This document shows, piece after piece, positions 37,324 to 47,606 of a DNA stretch of 64,000 nucleotides. Source of the DNA: an uncultured Actinomycetes bacterium (GTDB taxonomy: Bacteria > Actinomycetota > Actinomycetes > Streptosporangiales > Streptosporangiaceae); the NCBI GenBank assembly GCA_963758795.1, contig CAVWXG010000002.1, forward strand, positions 13,762 through 77,761, read 5' to 3'. A program made the position numbers and the translations under genes. The notes beneath the pieces are model-generated. The model saw only the letters and a program-made list of their open reading frames with translations, was not told the origin of the DNA and did no database searches. Position 1 is the stretch's first letter, and every line of letters begins with the position of its first letter.

Positions 37324-37620
37324 ATGGCCATTACCTACAACGGCATGCTCGCCGCAGAACTCGGCGATGTCCGCTGGCTGAAGAGCTGGCACAGTAACCC
37401 GAATGGCGCGTGCGTCGAGCTGGCCACGCTGCCCAGCGGGGAGATCGCGATGCGCAACTCGCGGTTCCCGGCCGGTCCCGTCCTGCTCTATACTCTGGCA
37501 GAGATCACCGCATTCCTGGCCGGAGCCAAGGATGGCGAATTCGATCATCTCCTCGCCGAAACTAGCCAGCTACCCCCCAGTAACAGCGCTAACGGCCGGC
37601 GCGCGGCGACACTACAGTGA
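37324..37620 (+). CDS. DUF397 domain protein
   Basis: ..WLKSWHSNPNGACVELATLPSGEIAMRNSRFPAGPVLLYTLAEITAFLAGAKDGEFD. Confidence 0.8.
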   Translation: MAITYNGMLAAELGDVRWLKSWHSNPNGACVELATLPSGEIAMRNSRFPAGPVLLYTLAEITAFLAGAKDGEFDHLLAETSQLPPSNSANGRRAATLQ

Positions 37621-37754
37621 CGGATCGGCCAACTGGACCCTTCCGACCTGCGAGAATACGGAGAGATCAGGACTTCTATTGAATTGTCACGGAACCCCCT
37701 TTCGCAGGAGTTAGATCACGTGGGAGACTGGTCCACACCCTGCCTGGATCTAGG

Positions 37755-38681
37755 GTGACGACGATGCGAGGAGTGCCGATGGTCTCATCCGAAGACTCGG
37801 CCTGGGATGTGCCTCCAAGCATTTTCGGCACGCGGGCGGGCGGTCCCACCGTTCAGCGCCTCGTGCTCGGCAGTCAGCTGCACCAGCTGCGCGAGTCACG
37901 CGGAATTACCGCAGAGCAGGCCGCCGAGGCCATCCGGGGTTCTCATTCCAAGATCAGCCGAATGGAACACGGCCGGGTCGGCTTCAAGGAGCGGGACGTG
38001 GGCGACCTCCTGACGCTGTATGGCGTTACCGACAGCGAAGAACGCGCGGCGCTGCTGAACCTGGCCAGGGAAGCGAATACGCCCGGGTGGTGGCACGCCT
38101 ACTCGGACATCCTGCCGAACTGGCTGGAGCCTTACGTCGGCCTGGAGGCGGCGGCATCGGTCATCCGGATCTACGAAGTCCAGCTCGTGCCCGGGCTGCT
38201 CCAGACCGAAGCGTATGCTCGCGCGCTGATCCGGCAGGGTTCGGCGGCCAGCGATGACGAGATCGCCCGGCGGGGCGAGCTGAGGGCCAGCCGCCAGGAA
38301 ATCCTCCGCAGGCCGGACGCGCCGCAGTTGTGGGCCGTCGTCGACGAGGGCGCGCTGCGTCGCCCCGTCGGCACCAGGGACGTGACCCGCGAGCAGCTGC
38401 GGTACCTCATCGAGATCGCGGAACACCCGGCGGTCACTCTCCAGATCCTGCCGTTCCAGGCGGGCGCGCATTCCGCCATGGGCGGTCCGTTCACCATCTT
38501 GCGCTTCGCCGAGCCCGACCTGCAGGACGTCGTGTACATCGAGCAGCTGACCAGCGCGCTCTACCTGGACAAGCCCGTCGAGGTGGACAGCTACCTCGAG
38601 GTCATGGAGCAGCTCTGCCTGCAGGCCGAGCCTGCCGCGAACACCACGAACGTGCTCAGCCAGCTCCTCGCCGATATCTGA
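37755..38681 (+). CDS. XRE-family HTH regulator with DUF5753 domain (WhiJ/Scr1-like)
   Basis: ..LGSQLHQLRESRGITAEQAAEAIRGSHSKISRMEHG..LVPGLLQTEAYARALI.. Confidence 0.85.
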   Translation: MTTMRGVPMVSSEDSAWDVPPSIFGTRAGGPTVQRLVLGSQLHQLRESRGITAEQAAEAIRGSHSKISRMEHGRVGFKERDVGDLLTLYGVTDSEERAALLNLAREANTPGWWHAYSDILPNWLEPYVGLEAAASVIRIYEVQLVPGLLQTEAYARALIRQGSAASDDEIARRGELRASRQEILRRPDAPQLWAVVDEGALRRPVGTRDVTREQLRYLIEIAEHPAVTLQILPFQAGAHSAMGGPFTILRFAEPDLQDVVYIEQLTSALYLDKPVEVDSYLEVMEQLCLQAEPAANTTNVLSQLLADI

Positions 38682-38694
38682 CCCAGGCGCCGTC

Positions 38695-39906
38695 TCACCG
38701 GCCCGCCTGAGTCCGTTCCTCGCACGCCCAGGGCGAGCCGTAATCAGCCAGCAGAGCAAGGAACGGTCGCGCGGGCAGCGCTTCGGGACCAAGCACGCCG
38801 ACCCCGGACCAGGCGCCGGAGTCGATCAGCTCAAGCGCGACCACCGGGTTGACCGCGGTCTGCCAGACCACCGCCTGGGATCCGTACTCGGCCATCGACC
38901 ATGCGTTGTCGACCACGTGGTGCAGGTACACCTCACGCGGGGCACCGTCGGTGCCCGTGCCGGTCACCCAGGTGCCGGCACAGGTCAGCCCGCTCATCGC
39001 GGCCCCGAGCGTGGCCGGGTCTGGCAAGCACGCGGCCACCACGTCGCGAGGCGACACGGTCGCGGCACCGACCCGCACCGGTTTCGTCTGGTCCAGGCCT
39101 AGCTTGTGCAGGGTGCGCAGGACGCCGATGAACTCGGACCCGAGCCCGTACTTGAAGGTGACCCGCCGCGCCTGGACCCACCGCGGCATCAGCAGCACCT
39201 CCTCGTGCTCCACGTTCACGCATTCCACCGGCCCGATGCCGGCCGGGAAGGTGAAGACCTCGGGCTCGCTGAACGGCTCGGTGGTGAACCAGCCCCGGTC
39301 GCGTTCCCAGATCACCGGCGGGTTCAGGCACTCCTCGATCGTGGTCCAGATGGAGAACGTGGGGGCGAAGTCGTAGCCGGCCACCTCGAGATTCGCGCCG
39401 TCCCGCACGCCGAGCTCGCTGATCTCGCTGAACAGCTCATCGGCGGCGTAACGGGCGAATACGTCCGACAGCCCCGGCTCCACTCCCATACCCACCAGCG
39501 CGAGCCTGGATGCCCACTCCCAGGCCGGCGCCATCGCGAACTGGTCGTCACCCAGCTTGACTCCGGTCATCCGGTAGGGGGCATCCTGATGCGGATGAGA
39601 AAGTGACATCGCCATGTCCAGGTAGTGGGTGCGGGCCTGGAGCGCGGCACGGAACAGCGGCATGACGAAACGGGGGTCGGTCGCGTTCATGAGCACGTCG
39701 CAGCGGCGCTGGGTGAGCAGCTCCGCGGCCGCCCGCTCGTCCCTGGCGTCCAGCTGCACGGCCTCGAAGCCATCCCGGGCCGCCGCGGCGCGCTGCGCCC
39801 GGTCCAGGTCGTAGTCGGCGATCACCAGCTCGGCGAACCGGCGGCGGGCCGCGATCCGGGCAAATGCCGTGCCAACCCCGCCCGCGCCTACCAGCAGTAT
39901 CCGCAT
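38695..39906 (-). CDS. Saccharopine dehydrogenase family NAD(P)-binding protein
   Basis: MRILLVGAGGVGTAFARIAARR..VIADYDLDRAQ.. Confidence 0.8.
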   Translation of the reverse strand: MRILLVGAGGVGTAFARIAARRRFAELVIADYDLDRAQRAAAARDGFEAVQLDARDERAAAELLTQRRCDVLMNATDPRFVMPLFRAALQARTHYLDMAMSLSHPHQDAPYRMTGVKLGDDQFAMAPAWEWASRLALVGMGVEPGLSDVFARYAADELFSEISELGVRDGANLEVAGYDFAPTFSIWTTIEECLNPPVIWERDRGWFTTEPFSEPEVFTFPAGIGPVECVNVEHEEVLLMPRWVQARRVTFKYGLGSEFIGVLRTLHKLGLDQTKPVRVGAATVSPRDVVAACLPDPATLGAAMSGLTCAGTWVTGTGTDGAPREVYLHHVVDNAWSMAEYGSQAVVWQTAVNPVVALELIDSGAWSGVGVLGPEALPARPFLALLADYGSPWACEERTQAGR

Positions 39907-40149
39907 GGGCTGATCCTAGGCCCCTGCGGGCATACTTCGCCCAAAACCGCAGACGAGACCAGCCGTGACACCGAGCCGTTACTACGGATATCGTTGCCGG
40001 AACGCATCATTTGTGCTAGAACCGTAGTGTTTAGTGGTGCTGACGTTGCCGTCACACCCGGCCGATGACAGTTTGCGGCAACGGTCCGGCCGATCGGGGG
40101 CCGCCGTTCCAGCCCGGGCTATGCCGGGTTATAGCCAGGAGGGTGAGAC

Positions 40150-41706
40150 ATGGCCACGAGCACCACGCCAGAGCTTCAGCCGGTCGAAGAATACAAAGAC
40201 AAGGGCCTGAAGGGCGGCGCCCTCGGCCTGCTCTCAAGCATCGTGATGGGCGTCGCGTCGACGGCTCCCGCCTACAGCCTGGCGGCGACGCTGTTCTTCG
40301 TGGTGGCCGCGGTGGGGCTCAAGTCGCCCGCGGTCGCCTTCCTGGCCTTCATCCCGATGCTGCTCTGCTCGATCGGCTACAGCGAGATGAACAAGGCCGA
40401 CCCGGACTGCGGGACCACGTTCACCTGGGCGACCCGGGCGTTCGGCCCGAAGACCGGCTGGGCGGGCGGCTGGGCGATCGTGGCCGCCGACGTCCTGGTC
40501 ATGGCCAGCCTCGCCCAGGTGGCCGGACAGTACATGTTCCTGCTCTTCGGCGCGGACGGCATCGGCGATAACGCCACCAGCCCCTGGGTGCTGCTGACCG
40601 GCATCGCCTGGATCGTCGCGATGAGCTATATCTGCTACCGGGGCATTGAGGTCTCCGCGTGGTTCCAGCGCATCCTGCTGACCATCGAGATCATCATGCT
40701 CCTCGTGCTGGCGGTGACCGCGCTGGTCAAGACCGAGGTCAGCCACCCCGCCGGGTCGGTCCCCCCGAGCTTCAGCTGGCTGGTGCCGACCCACCTGAGC
40801 TTGTCCGCCTTCATCACCGGGATCATCCTGATGCTGTTCATCTACTGGGGCTGGGACACCGCGGTCTCGGTCAACGAGGAGACGAAGGACAAGGCCAAGA
40901 CGCCGGGCCGGGCGGCGATCATCTCCACCGTGATCCTGCTCTTCACCTACGTGATCGTCATCTTCGGCATCCAGTCGTTCGCCGGGATCGGCACCAAGGG
41001 CGTCGGGCTGGCCAACCAGGCGCACGAGTTCGACGTGCTGTCGGTCGCGGGCACGGCGATCTTCGGCGCCGGCGGGTTCGGCACGTTCCTGTCCCGGCTG
41101 CTCATCCTGATGGTGCTCACCTCGGCCTCTGCCTCGACACAGACGACAATCCTGCCGACCGCGCGCACCACCCTGTCGATGGCCGCCTACAAGGCCATCC
41201 CCGCGGCCTTCGCCAAGATCCACCCCCGGTACCTGACGCCGACCGTCTCCACCATCGTCATGGGCCTCGTCTCGATCGCCCTCTACATCCCGTTCAACTA
41301 CATCGCCGGGGGCAACCCGATCGGCGACGCGGTCACGGCCATCGGGCTCTACATCGCCTTCTACTATGGGCTGACCGCCTTGTCCTGTGTCTGGTATTAC
41401 CGCAAGACGTTGACCAGCAGCGCCCGGAACCTGTGGATGCAAGGCATTCTGCCTGCGCTGGGCTGGCTGATCATGTGGGGGGCGGGCATTTACAGCCTGC
41501 AGAGCGACTGGGTGGCGACCAACAGCCTCACCAGCTGGACCATACCGGGCCTGCGCTGGGAGGTCGGGGGGATCTTCCTGATCGCCCTTGGGGCCGCGCT
41601 GGTCGGCGTGCTCGGATTCATCTTCATGCGGGTGACCGCGCCCGCGTTCTTCAAGAAGCAGACCCTGACCCGGGGTACCCCGACCCTGGTGCCAGACGAG
41701 GGCTGA
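40150..41706 (+). CDS. APC-family amino acid/polyamine permease
   Basis: 12-TM-like profile; ..LLSSIVMGVASTAPAYSLAATL..IGYSEMNKADPDCGTTFTW.. Confidence 0.9.
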   Translation: MATSTTPELQPVEEYKDKGLKGGALGLLSSIVMGVASTAPAYSLAATLFFVVAAVGLKSPAVAFLAFIPMLLCSIGYSEMNKADPDCGTTFTWATRAFGPKTGWAGGWAIVAADVLVMASLAQVAGQYMFLLFGADGIGDNATSPWVLLTGIAWIVAMSYICYRGIEVSAWFQRILLTIEIIMLLVLAVTALVKTEVSHPAGSVPPSFSWLVPTHLSLSAFITGIILMLFIYWGWDTAVSVNEETKDKAKTPGRAAIISTVILLFTYVIVIFGIQSFAGIGTKGVGLANQAHEFDVLSVAGTAIFGAGGFGTFLSRLLILMVLTSASASTQTTILPTARTTLSMAAYKAIPAAFAKIHPRYLTPTVSTIVMGLVSIALYIPFNYIAGGNPIGDAVTAIGLYIAFYYGLTALSCVWYYRKTLTSSARNLWMQGILPALGWLIMWGAGIYSLQSDWVATNSLTSWTIPGLRWEVGGIFLIALGAALVGVLGFIFMRVTAPAFFKKQTLTRGTPTLVPDEG

Positions 41707-41738
41707 CCGGCCCGGTCCAGGGCCGGCTCCCCGTTAAG

Positions 41739-42467
41739 ATGGCGGACGTGCTGGATGACGCCGAGATCGCGCGGGTGCTCTCCATCACCGCGCATCCGGA
41801 TGACGTCGACTTCGGCGTCGCGGGAACGGTGGCGCGCTGGACCGAAGCCGGGATCGAGGTCATCTACTGCGTGGTGACCGACGGCGGCGCCGGCGGCTTC
41901 GACGAGGACTTCCCCCGGGACCAGATGCCGGCCCTGCGCCGGGCCGAGCAGGTGGCCGCCGCGAAGTGCGTCGGAGTTCACGACGTGCGTTTCCTCGGCT
42001 ATCCGGACGGCCGGGTGGAGGCCACCCTGGACCTGCGCCGGGACCTGGCCCGGGTGATCAGGCAGGTCCGCCCGGATCGCGTCGTGGTCCCCAGCCCGGA
42101 GCGGAACTACAACAGGATCGGCATCGGCCACCCCGACCACCGCGCGGTCGGCTCCGCCGCCCTGGACGCCGTCTACCCGGACGCGCGCAACCCGTTCGCG
42201 TTCCCCGAACTCCGCGAACGTGAGGCCCTCGCCGCGTGGACCGTCCGTGAGGTCTGGATCGCCGGCGGCGGGACACCCAATCACTACGTGGATGTGACCG
42301 ACACGTTCGCGCGCAAGGTCGCCGCCCTGCACGCCCATGAGAGCCAGACCGGCCACCTGGACGACCTGGCCGGACTTCTGCGGACTAGGCTGGCCCGCAC
42401 AGCTGGCCAGGCGGGCCTGCCGGACGGCCGTCTGGCCGAGGCTTTCCAGGTCCTTGACACCGCCTGA
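41739..42467 (+). CDS. PIG-L/LmbE-family deacetylase
   Basis: ..VLSITAHPDDVDFGVAGTVARW..EVIYCVVTDGGAGG..HPDHRAVG.. Confidence 0.85.
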   Translation: MADVLDDAEIARVLSITAHPDDVDFGVAGTVARWTEAGIEVIYCVVTDGGAGGFDEDFPRDQMPALRRAEQVAAAKCVGVHDVRFLGYPDGRVEATLDLRRDLARVIRQVRPDRVVVPSPERNYNRIGIGHPDHRAVGSAALDAVYPDARNPFAFPELREREALAAWTVREVWIAGGGTPNHYVDVTDTFARKVAALHAHESQTGHLDDLAGLLRTRLARTAGQAGLPDGRLAEAFQVLDTA

Positions 42468-42579
42468 GCGGCGCGGTTCGCCGGTGCGGACGCTGACGTA
42501 CCGTCGGTGTTTTTGCCGTTGCGGACCGGTAACCGGCATAATTCATTGATTGAATCCAGCCAGAGAGAGTGACCCGCTG

Positions 42580-43485
42580 ATGAGCATGGAGCTCGACCAC
42601 TCCTTTACCGTTCCCGTCCCGCCGGACCGCGCGTGGGAGGTGCTGCTCGACGTGGAAAGGATCGCGCCGTGCATGCCCGGCGCTACCGTCGAGGAGTTCG
42701 ACGGGGAAGTGGTGACCGGACGCATCAAGGTCAAGGTCGGTCCGGTGTCGCTGACCTACCGCGGGACCGCGAAGTTCACCGAGCGCGATCCCGACGCCCG
42801 GGTGGTGGTCGCGGACGCCTCAGGTAAGGAGACCCGCGGCGCGGGTACCGCCTCCGCGACCATCCGGTCGTCGCTGGAGCCCTCTGGGGAGGGGACCCGG
42901 GTCTCCATCCACACGACGATGAACGTGACCGGCCGGCCGGCCCAGTTCGGCCGCGGCGTGATCGCCGAAGTCGGCGGCAAGCTGGTGGAGAAGTTCGCGG
43001 AGAACCTGGCCCAGATGATCTCCGATGGCGGGGTCGGACCGGACGGCGCCAGTGGCTCGGCCGGCCCCGTCGCGGCTGATGCCGGCACGGCTGATGCCGG
43101 CACGGCTGATGCCGGCACGGCTGATGCCGGCACGGCCAGTTCGAGCATAGGCAGCTCGAGCACAGTCAGCTCGACCACGGCTAATTCGAGCGCAGCGACC
43201 AGCAGTGCGGAAAGCGCCGGAGACGGCAGTGCGGCGAACGGTTCCGCGGTGATCACTGACGCCGGGCCGGGTCCGACGGAATCCGCCGCCGCACCGGTGC
43301 CGGTACGGCCGGCGACCGTACCGCCTGTGGTGCAGAACGAGGACTCCATCAACCTGGTCAGGCTGGTCGGTCCCGCGATCCTCAAGCGGGTCCTTCCGGT
43401 CGCCGTCGGGATCGCGGCGCTGGTGCTGCTGAGCCGACATTGGCGGCATCGTCTCCACCGTGGTGAGGGCGGCAAGAAGGCCTGA
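42580..43485 (+). CDS. SRPBCC/CoxG-like protein with low-complexity linker and C-terminal TM anchor
   Basis: ..FTVPVPPDRAWEVLLDVERIAPCMPGATVEEFDGEVVTGRIKVKVGPVSLTYRGTAKF.. The start is ATG 42580 or 42586. Confidence 0.8.
   Translation: MSMELDHSFTVPVPPDRAWEVLLDVERIAPCMPGATVEEFDGEVVTGRIKVKVGPVSLTYRGTAKFTERDPDARVVVADASGKETRGAGTASATIRSSLEPSGEGTRVSIHTTMNVTGRPAQFGRGVIAEVGGKLVEKFAENLAQMISDGGVGPDGASGSAGPVAADAGTADAGTADAGTADAGTASSSIGSSSTVSSTTANSSAATSSAESAGDGSAANGSAVITDAGPGPTESAAAPVPVRPATVPPVVQNEDSINLVRLVGPAILKRVLPVAVGIAALVLLSRHWRHRLHRGEGGKKA
43075..43134 (+). repeat. GCTGATGCCGGCACG x4 (ADAGT) in the CoxG-like linker
   Basis: Counted directly. Confidence 0.95.
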
Positions 43486-43667
43486 CCGGCCGTGGGGCTG
43501 TCGTCAGCGCCGGAGACGCCTTAGCCAGAAAGAGCACTTTCGTTTCGCCGCTCAGCCCGAGCCTGAACACGGACCTGCGACAAGGTCGACTTCGAAGCCA
43601 TCGGTCCGCGCCGATATCGTCGAAGCCGACTCGCCGGGGCACCATCTGGCCAGGCGACTCGTGATCA

Positions 43668-43705
43668 CGAAGGGTTCACAGTCTGGCAAAACTGTGAACC
43701 CTTCG
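43668..43705. terminator. Perfect 15-bp stem hairpin CGAAGGGTTCACAGT-CTGGCAAA-ACTGTGAACCCTTCG between convergent genes
   Basis: Checked base by base. It lies between the CoxG-like gene (plus) and tsaD (minus). No strong U-tract is present, so terminator function is inferred only. Confidence 0.45.
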
Positions 43706-43741
43706 TGAAAACGTGAGGTGGCGCTGCGCGCCTCCATGGGG

Positions 43742-43773
43742 CGCGCTAGCGGACCGGGGCCGCGCTAGCGGAC
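43742..43773. repeat. CGCGCTAGCGGAC x2 (period 19); the second copy contains the tsaD stop codon
   Basis: Copies at 43742..43754 and 43761..43773; the stop is CTA at 43765..43767. Confidence 0.9.
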
Positions 43774-44799
43774 GACGACTTCGGTGACGGGCAGGGAGGA
43801 GTCGGCGGGCAGGTCCAGCGGGGAGGGTGCGATGCCGCGGGAGACAATCTCGGCGCCGAGAGCCGCGACCATGGCGCCGTTGTCGGTGCACAGTCCCGGT
43901 CTCGGCACCCGCAGCTTGATGCCGACCGACTCGCACCGCTCCGCGGCGAGGGATCGCAGCCTGGAGTTGGCCGCGACGCCGCCACCCACGATCAGGTCGG
44001 TGACGCCGTGCCGCTGGCAGGCCTGCACCGCCTTGCGGGTGAGCACGTCCGCGACGGCCTCTTGGAAGGACGCGGCTACGTCCGCGGCCGGGACCGGCTC
44101 CCCGGCCGCCCGGCGCGCCTCCACCCAGCGGGCCACCGCCGTTTTCAGGCCCGCGAAGGAGAAGTCGAGCGAGCCGTCGTGGTACTTGCCGCGCGGGAAG
44201 CTGATCGCGCCCGGATCACCGTTGCGGGCCGCCTTGTCGATCGGCGGTCCGCCGGGAAAGGGCATGCCGAGCACCCGTGCCACCTTGTCGTAGGCCTCGC
44301 CGGCCGCGTCGTCGACGGTGGCGCCGAGCGGAACAACCTCCTGGGCCACGTCCGGCACGAGCAGCAGCGAGGAATGCCCGCCGGAAACCAGCAGGGCCAC
44401 CGCCGGCGACGGCAGCGTGCCGTGTTCCAGCTGGTCGACCGCGATGTGCGCGGCCAGGTGATTAACGCCGTAGAGCGGCTTGCCCAGCGCGAACGCATAC
44501 GCCTTGGCCGCCGCCACCCCGACCAGCAGGGCACCGGCCAGCCCGGGACCCGCGGTGACCGCCACGGCGTCGATCTCGCCGGGACGGACGCCCGCGGTCG
44601 CGATCGCGCGGTCGAAGGTCGGGATCATCGCTTCCAGGTGCGCGCGGCTGGCGACCTCGGGTACCACACCGCCGAACCGCGCGTGTTCATCGACGCTGGA
44701 GGCCACGCTGTCGGCGAGCAGGTCGTGACCGCGGACCAGGCCGATACCGGTCTCGTCGCAGGATGTCTCGATGCCGAGCACCAGCGGGGACGCCATCAC
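43765..44799 (-). CDS. tsaD: tRNA N6-adenosine threonylcarbamoyltransferase TsaD
   Basis: ..[28 protein letters not shown].. Confidence 0.95.
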   Translation of the reverse strand: MMASPLVLGIETSCDETGIGLVRGHDLLADSVASSVDEHARFGGVVPEVASRAHLEAMIPTFDRAIATAGVRPGEIDAVAVTAGPGLAGALLVGVAAAKAYAFALGKPLYGVNHLAAHIAVDQLEHGTLPSPAVALLVSGGHSSLLLVPDVAQEVVPLGATVDDAAGEAYDKVARVLGMPFPGGPPIDKAARNGDPGAISFPRGKYHDGSLDFSFAGLKTAVARWVEARRAAGEPVPAADVAASFQEAVADVLTRKAVQACQRHGVTDLIVGGGVAANSRLRSLAAERCESVGIKLRVPRPGLCTDNGAMVAALGAEIVSRGIAPSPLDLPADSSLPVTEVVVR

Positions 44800-45275
44800 G
44801 CCAGTCCTTTCCGCATGACCACGGCGTCGACGCCGGACGGCTGGTAATAGCCGCGCCTGACCCCGACCTCGGTAAAGCCGTGCCGCAAGTAGAGCTGCCT
44901 GGCCCTGGGGTTGTCCTCACGCACCTCGAGCAAGACCTCCGTGCAGCCGCGGTTTCCCGCCTCGTCCAGCAGCGCGGTGAGCAGCGCCGTACCGGTCCCC
45001 TTGCCCCAGTGGGCCGGATCCACCGCCAGCGTCACCACATCGGCCTGCGGCCCGCCGGTAAACATCATCCCCGCGTACCCGATCAGCGTGTTGTCCTCCT
45101 CGGCCACCAGGTAGAGCCGGCGCGAGGCCGACTGCGCGAACTCCGCCGCGAACATCTCAGGCGTCCACGCGTCGTCAGGGAAAAGCTCCCGTTCCAGAGC
45201 CATGACCCCAGGCATGTCACGCTTGCTCATCCCCCGCAGCCGCAGCCCGCGGGTATCACGTCGACGGGCCTTCAC
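44796..45275 (-). CDS. rimI: Ribosomal-protein-alanine N-acetyltransferase RimI
   Basis: ..[44 protein letters not shown].. GTG 45275 overlaps the tsaB stop (GTGA). Confidence 0.9.
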   Translation of the reverse strand: MKARRRDTRGLRLRGMSKRDMPGVMALERELFPDDAWTPEMFAAEFAQSASRRLYLVAEEDNTLIGYAGMMFTGGPQADVVTLAVDPAHWGKGTGTALLTALLDEAGNRGCTEVLLEVREDNPRARQLYLRHGFTEVGVRRGYYQPSGVDAVVMRKGLA

Positions 45276-45931
45276 GATGGCGTTACCCGCTTCGGCCGTC
45301 CCGGCTCCCTGGCATCGGGTCGCCGCAGGTACAGCGGATCCGCCGCCAGCAGCGGCGGCTGCGCCGATCCCGGCCCGGGCCGTCCCGCCACGATCTCGCA
45401 CAGCGTCCGGGCATCCGGGTAGGCAGGCCCGATCACCTCGCCGAACGCCTCCGGGTAAAGCTGGCCCCCGGTCCCGGCCACCGCGAGCCCGAGCGCCCCC
45501 GGGATGGAGCTGGCGGTGCTGACCAGGGGACCTTCCAGCCGGCGCCGGTCGGCGTCGTACCGCGCCCAGTAGACCTCCCGGCGGCGCGCGTCGGTCGCCA
45601 CGCAGAACTCCCCTGCCCCCGCGGCCGCTGCCGCGATCACATCGAGGGTACACACGCCGTGTACGGGAATCCCCAGCACGGACCCGAGGACCCTGGCGGT
45701 CACCACACCGACCCGCAGGCCGGTGTAAGGCCCGGGTCCCACCCCCACGGCCACCGCGGTCAGATCCGCGCGCGACGCACCCGCTTCCGCCATGACCTTC
45801 GCGATCATCGGCATGAGCAGCTCGCCATGTCGCCGGGCATCGACGGCGAACGCCTCGCCGACGACCCGGTCCCCGTCGTGGATGGCCACGCTCACCGCGG
45901 GAGTCGCCGTATCAAAACCCACCACAAGCAC
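45272..45931 (-). CDS. tsaB: tRNA threonylcarbamoyladenosine biosynthesis protein TsaB
   Basis: VLVVGFDTATPAVSVAIHDG..VGVGPGPYTGLRVG.. Start chosen at GTG 45931. Confidence 0.9.
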   Translation of the reverse strand: MLVVGFDTATPAVSVAIHDGDRVVGEAFAVDARRHGELLMPMIAKVMAEAGASRADLTAVAVGVGPGPYTGLRVGVVTARVLGSVLGIPVHGVCTLDVIAAAAAGAGEFCVATDARRREVYWARYDADRRRLEGPLVSTASSIPGALGLAVAGTGGQLYPEAFGEVIGPAYPDARTLCEIVAGRPGPGSAQPPLLAADPLYLRRPDAREPGRPKRVTPS

Positions 45932-46021
45932 GCCGACCAGCCTAGTGGGCGCGCGGCGTCGCCGAGCCCAACCGCGAGCCACGCCAGGGCGGCCGGTACG
46001 AGGGATCGGTGCCCAGCGGAT

Positions 46022-47023
46022 TCAGTGCAGGGAAGCCTCGGCCGCGCGGGCGAACGCCAGGGCGGCCGCCGACAGCGCGGACTGCGACACCGGCCCGTAG
46101 GACCCGCGGTTGGAGTGCTCAAGTCCATCCAGCGTGACCGTGACGACCACGTTGTGATAGCGCACGAGGACGGTTGCCACGTCGGTGGTCGCTCCGCCCG
46201 CCTGGAATACCTGCATGGCGCTGGACGCCTGGTTCCCCAATCCGGGCAGCGGGGTCACCGTGGCCCGGGGGTCGGGCGAGTTCTTCGGCGGGTCAGCGAT
46301 GCCCTGCAGTGTCGAATCGTACCCGTCGATCGCGGCGAAGGTAGCGCTGCCATCGCCGCTGGCCAGGCCGTTCGGTGCGTAGGCGAGCATGTTGAGTTGC
46401 ATCAGCCGGTAGACGGGCGGTGAGTCGACGGTCCAGTTACACGCGGATTCGGCCGCGCCGTTGACCGGCAGCGGAGAGGACTGGCCGACTTTCCCGGGCA
46501 GGTACTGCCGCACGGTGGCAGTGGGCACGGCGCCGCACGCGTTCGGCACCTGGCGGAGCTCTCCCGGCTGGAATGTCGTGATGAGCGTGCCCGGAGTGAC
46601 CGCGGCCGGCCCGGGCCCGCCTGGCAGCAGCAGGACCACCGCGATCGCGACCCCGGCTGCCAGCACCAGGCCGCCCGCCAGGAGGAGCCACCGCCGCCGC
46701 TTGCGGGCCGCCGCCCGCATGGCCCGGCCGCCCCGGCGCCCAGGCCGCGGCACATCCTCGTTCTCGTCCGCCTCGGGAACGGCCCATTGCGGTACCGAGT
46801 CATCCCGCCGGGAGGGACTGGCCGAACCGCCGGCGCCCGCGGGTGGCATGAGACGCTCGGCATCCCTGCGCCCGTCGTGACGCCCCCCGGGACCGGCGGG
46901 CGTCCCGGGACGAACCGGGGGCAGGTCTGCCCACGGCGGCGGATCCTCCTCGTCACGGTCAGGACGGTAGGACCTGGCCGGGACGGCGGGTCGGCGGGGC
47001 GGCAGGTATTCCTGCTCGGGCAC
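46022..47023 (-). CDS. Membrane-anchored hypothetical protein (Pro/Arg-rich cytoplasmic N-terminus, one TM, extracytoplasmic domain)
   Basis: ..RKRRRWLLLAGGLVLAAGVAIAVVLLL.. followed by a roughly 190-aa domain with paired Cys residues. Confidence 0.6.
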   Translation of the reverse strand: MPEQEYLPPRRPAVPARSYRPDRDEEDPPPWADLPPVRPGTPAGPGGRHDGRRDAERLMPPAGAGGSASPSRRDDSVPQWAVPEADENEDVPRPGRRGGRAMRAAARKRRRWLLLAGGLVLAAGVAIAVVLLLPGGPGPAAVTPGTLITTFQPGELRQVPNACGAVPTATVRQYLPGKVGQSSPLPVNGAAESACNWTVDSPPVYRLMQLNMLAYAPNGLASGDGSATFAAIDGYDSTLQGIADPPKNSPDPRATVTPLPGLGNQASSAMQVFQAGGATTDVATVLVRYHNVVVTVTLDGLEHSNRGSYGPVSQSALSAAALAFARAAEASLH

Positions 47024-47093
47024 GGCGCGCCTCCGGGATCGGGGAACGGTACGTAACGGGCGCGATACGCGAAAGGGGATCGATACAGCGGAA

Positions 47094-47606
47094 CTATAAA
47101 CGATCTACGGCGTCCATGAGCGCATCATTCCATCTGGCGCCGTGACCAATTAGCTGGACAGTCCGCACGTCGGAGTCCGGGTCGGGCTCGATCGAGATCT
47201 CGAGCCGGTCCTGCGCCAGGCCTTCGGCCAGACCGGCGCCCCACTCCACCACCGTGACCGCGGCCGCGGCGTCGGTGTCCAGGTCCAGATCGTCCACCTC
47301 GCTGATGCTGCCCAGACGATAGGCGTCCGCGTGGACCAGCGCCGGGCCGGACCCGGAGGCCCCGGAGACGACGGGGTGCACCCGGGCGATGACGAAGGTC
47401 GGGGAGGTGATGGGCCCGCGCACCCCCAGCCCGGCGCCGATGCCCTGCACCAGCGTGGTCTTGCCCGCTCCGAGCGGCCCGGTCAGGATCACCAGGTCCC
47501 CGGCCCGCAGCAGCCCGGCGAGCTGCCGGCCGAGGTCCCGCATGGCCACGTCGGTCGCGATCCGGGTGGTCGTGGGCAGGCGGCCGTGCCCGTTTGGAAA
47601 AATCAT
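47094..47606 (-). CDS. tsaE: tRNA threonylcarbamoyladenosine biosynthesis ATPase TsaE
   Basis: ..VILTGPLGAGKTTLVQGI..SPTFVI..HADAYRL.. The ATG overlaps the alr stop. Confidence 0.9.
   Translation of the reverse strand: MIFPNGHGRLPTTTRIATDVAMRDLGRQLAGLLRAGDLVILTGPLGAGKTTLVQGIGAGLGVRGPITSPTFVIARVHPVVSGASGSGPALVHADAYRLGSISEVDDLDLDTDAAAAVTVVEWGAGLAEGLAQDRLEISIEPDPDSDVRTVQLIGHGARWNDALMDAVDRL

Noticed and set aside
39907-40149. Riboswitch in the divergent spacer upstream of the APC permease.
   Set aside because: Some local stems are present (CGTTGCCG..CGGCAACG), but nothing matches a riboswitch class I know.
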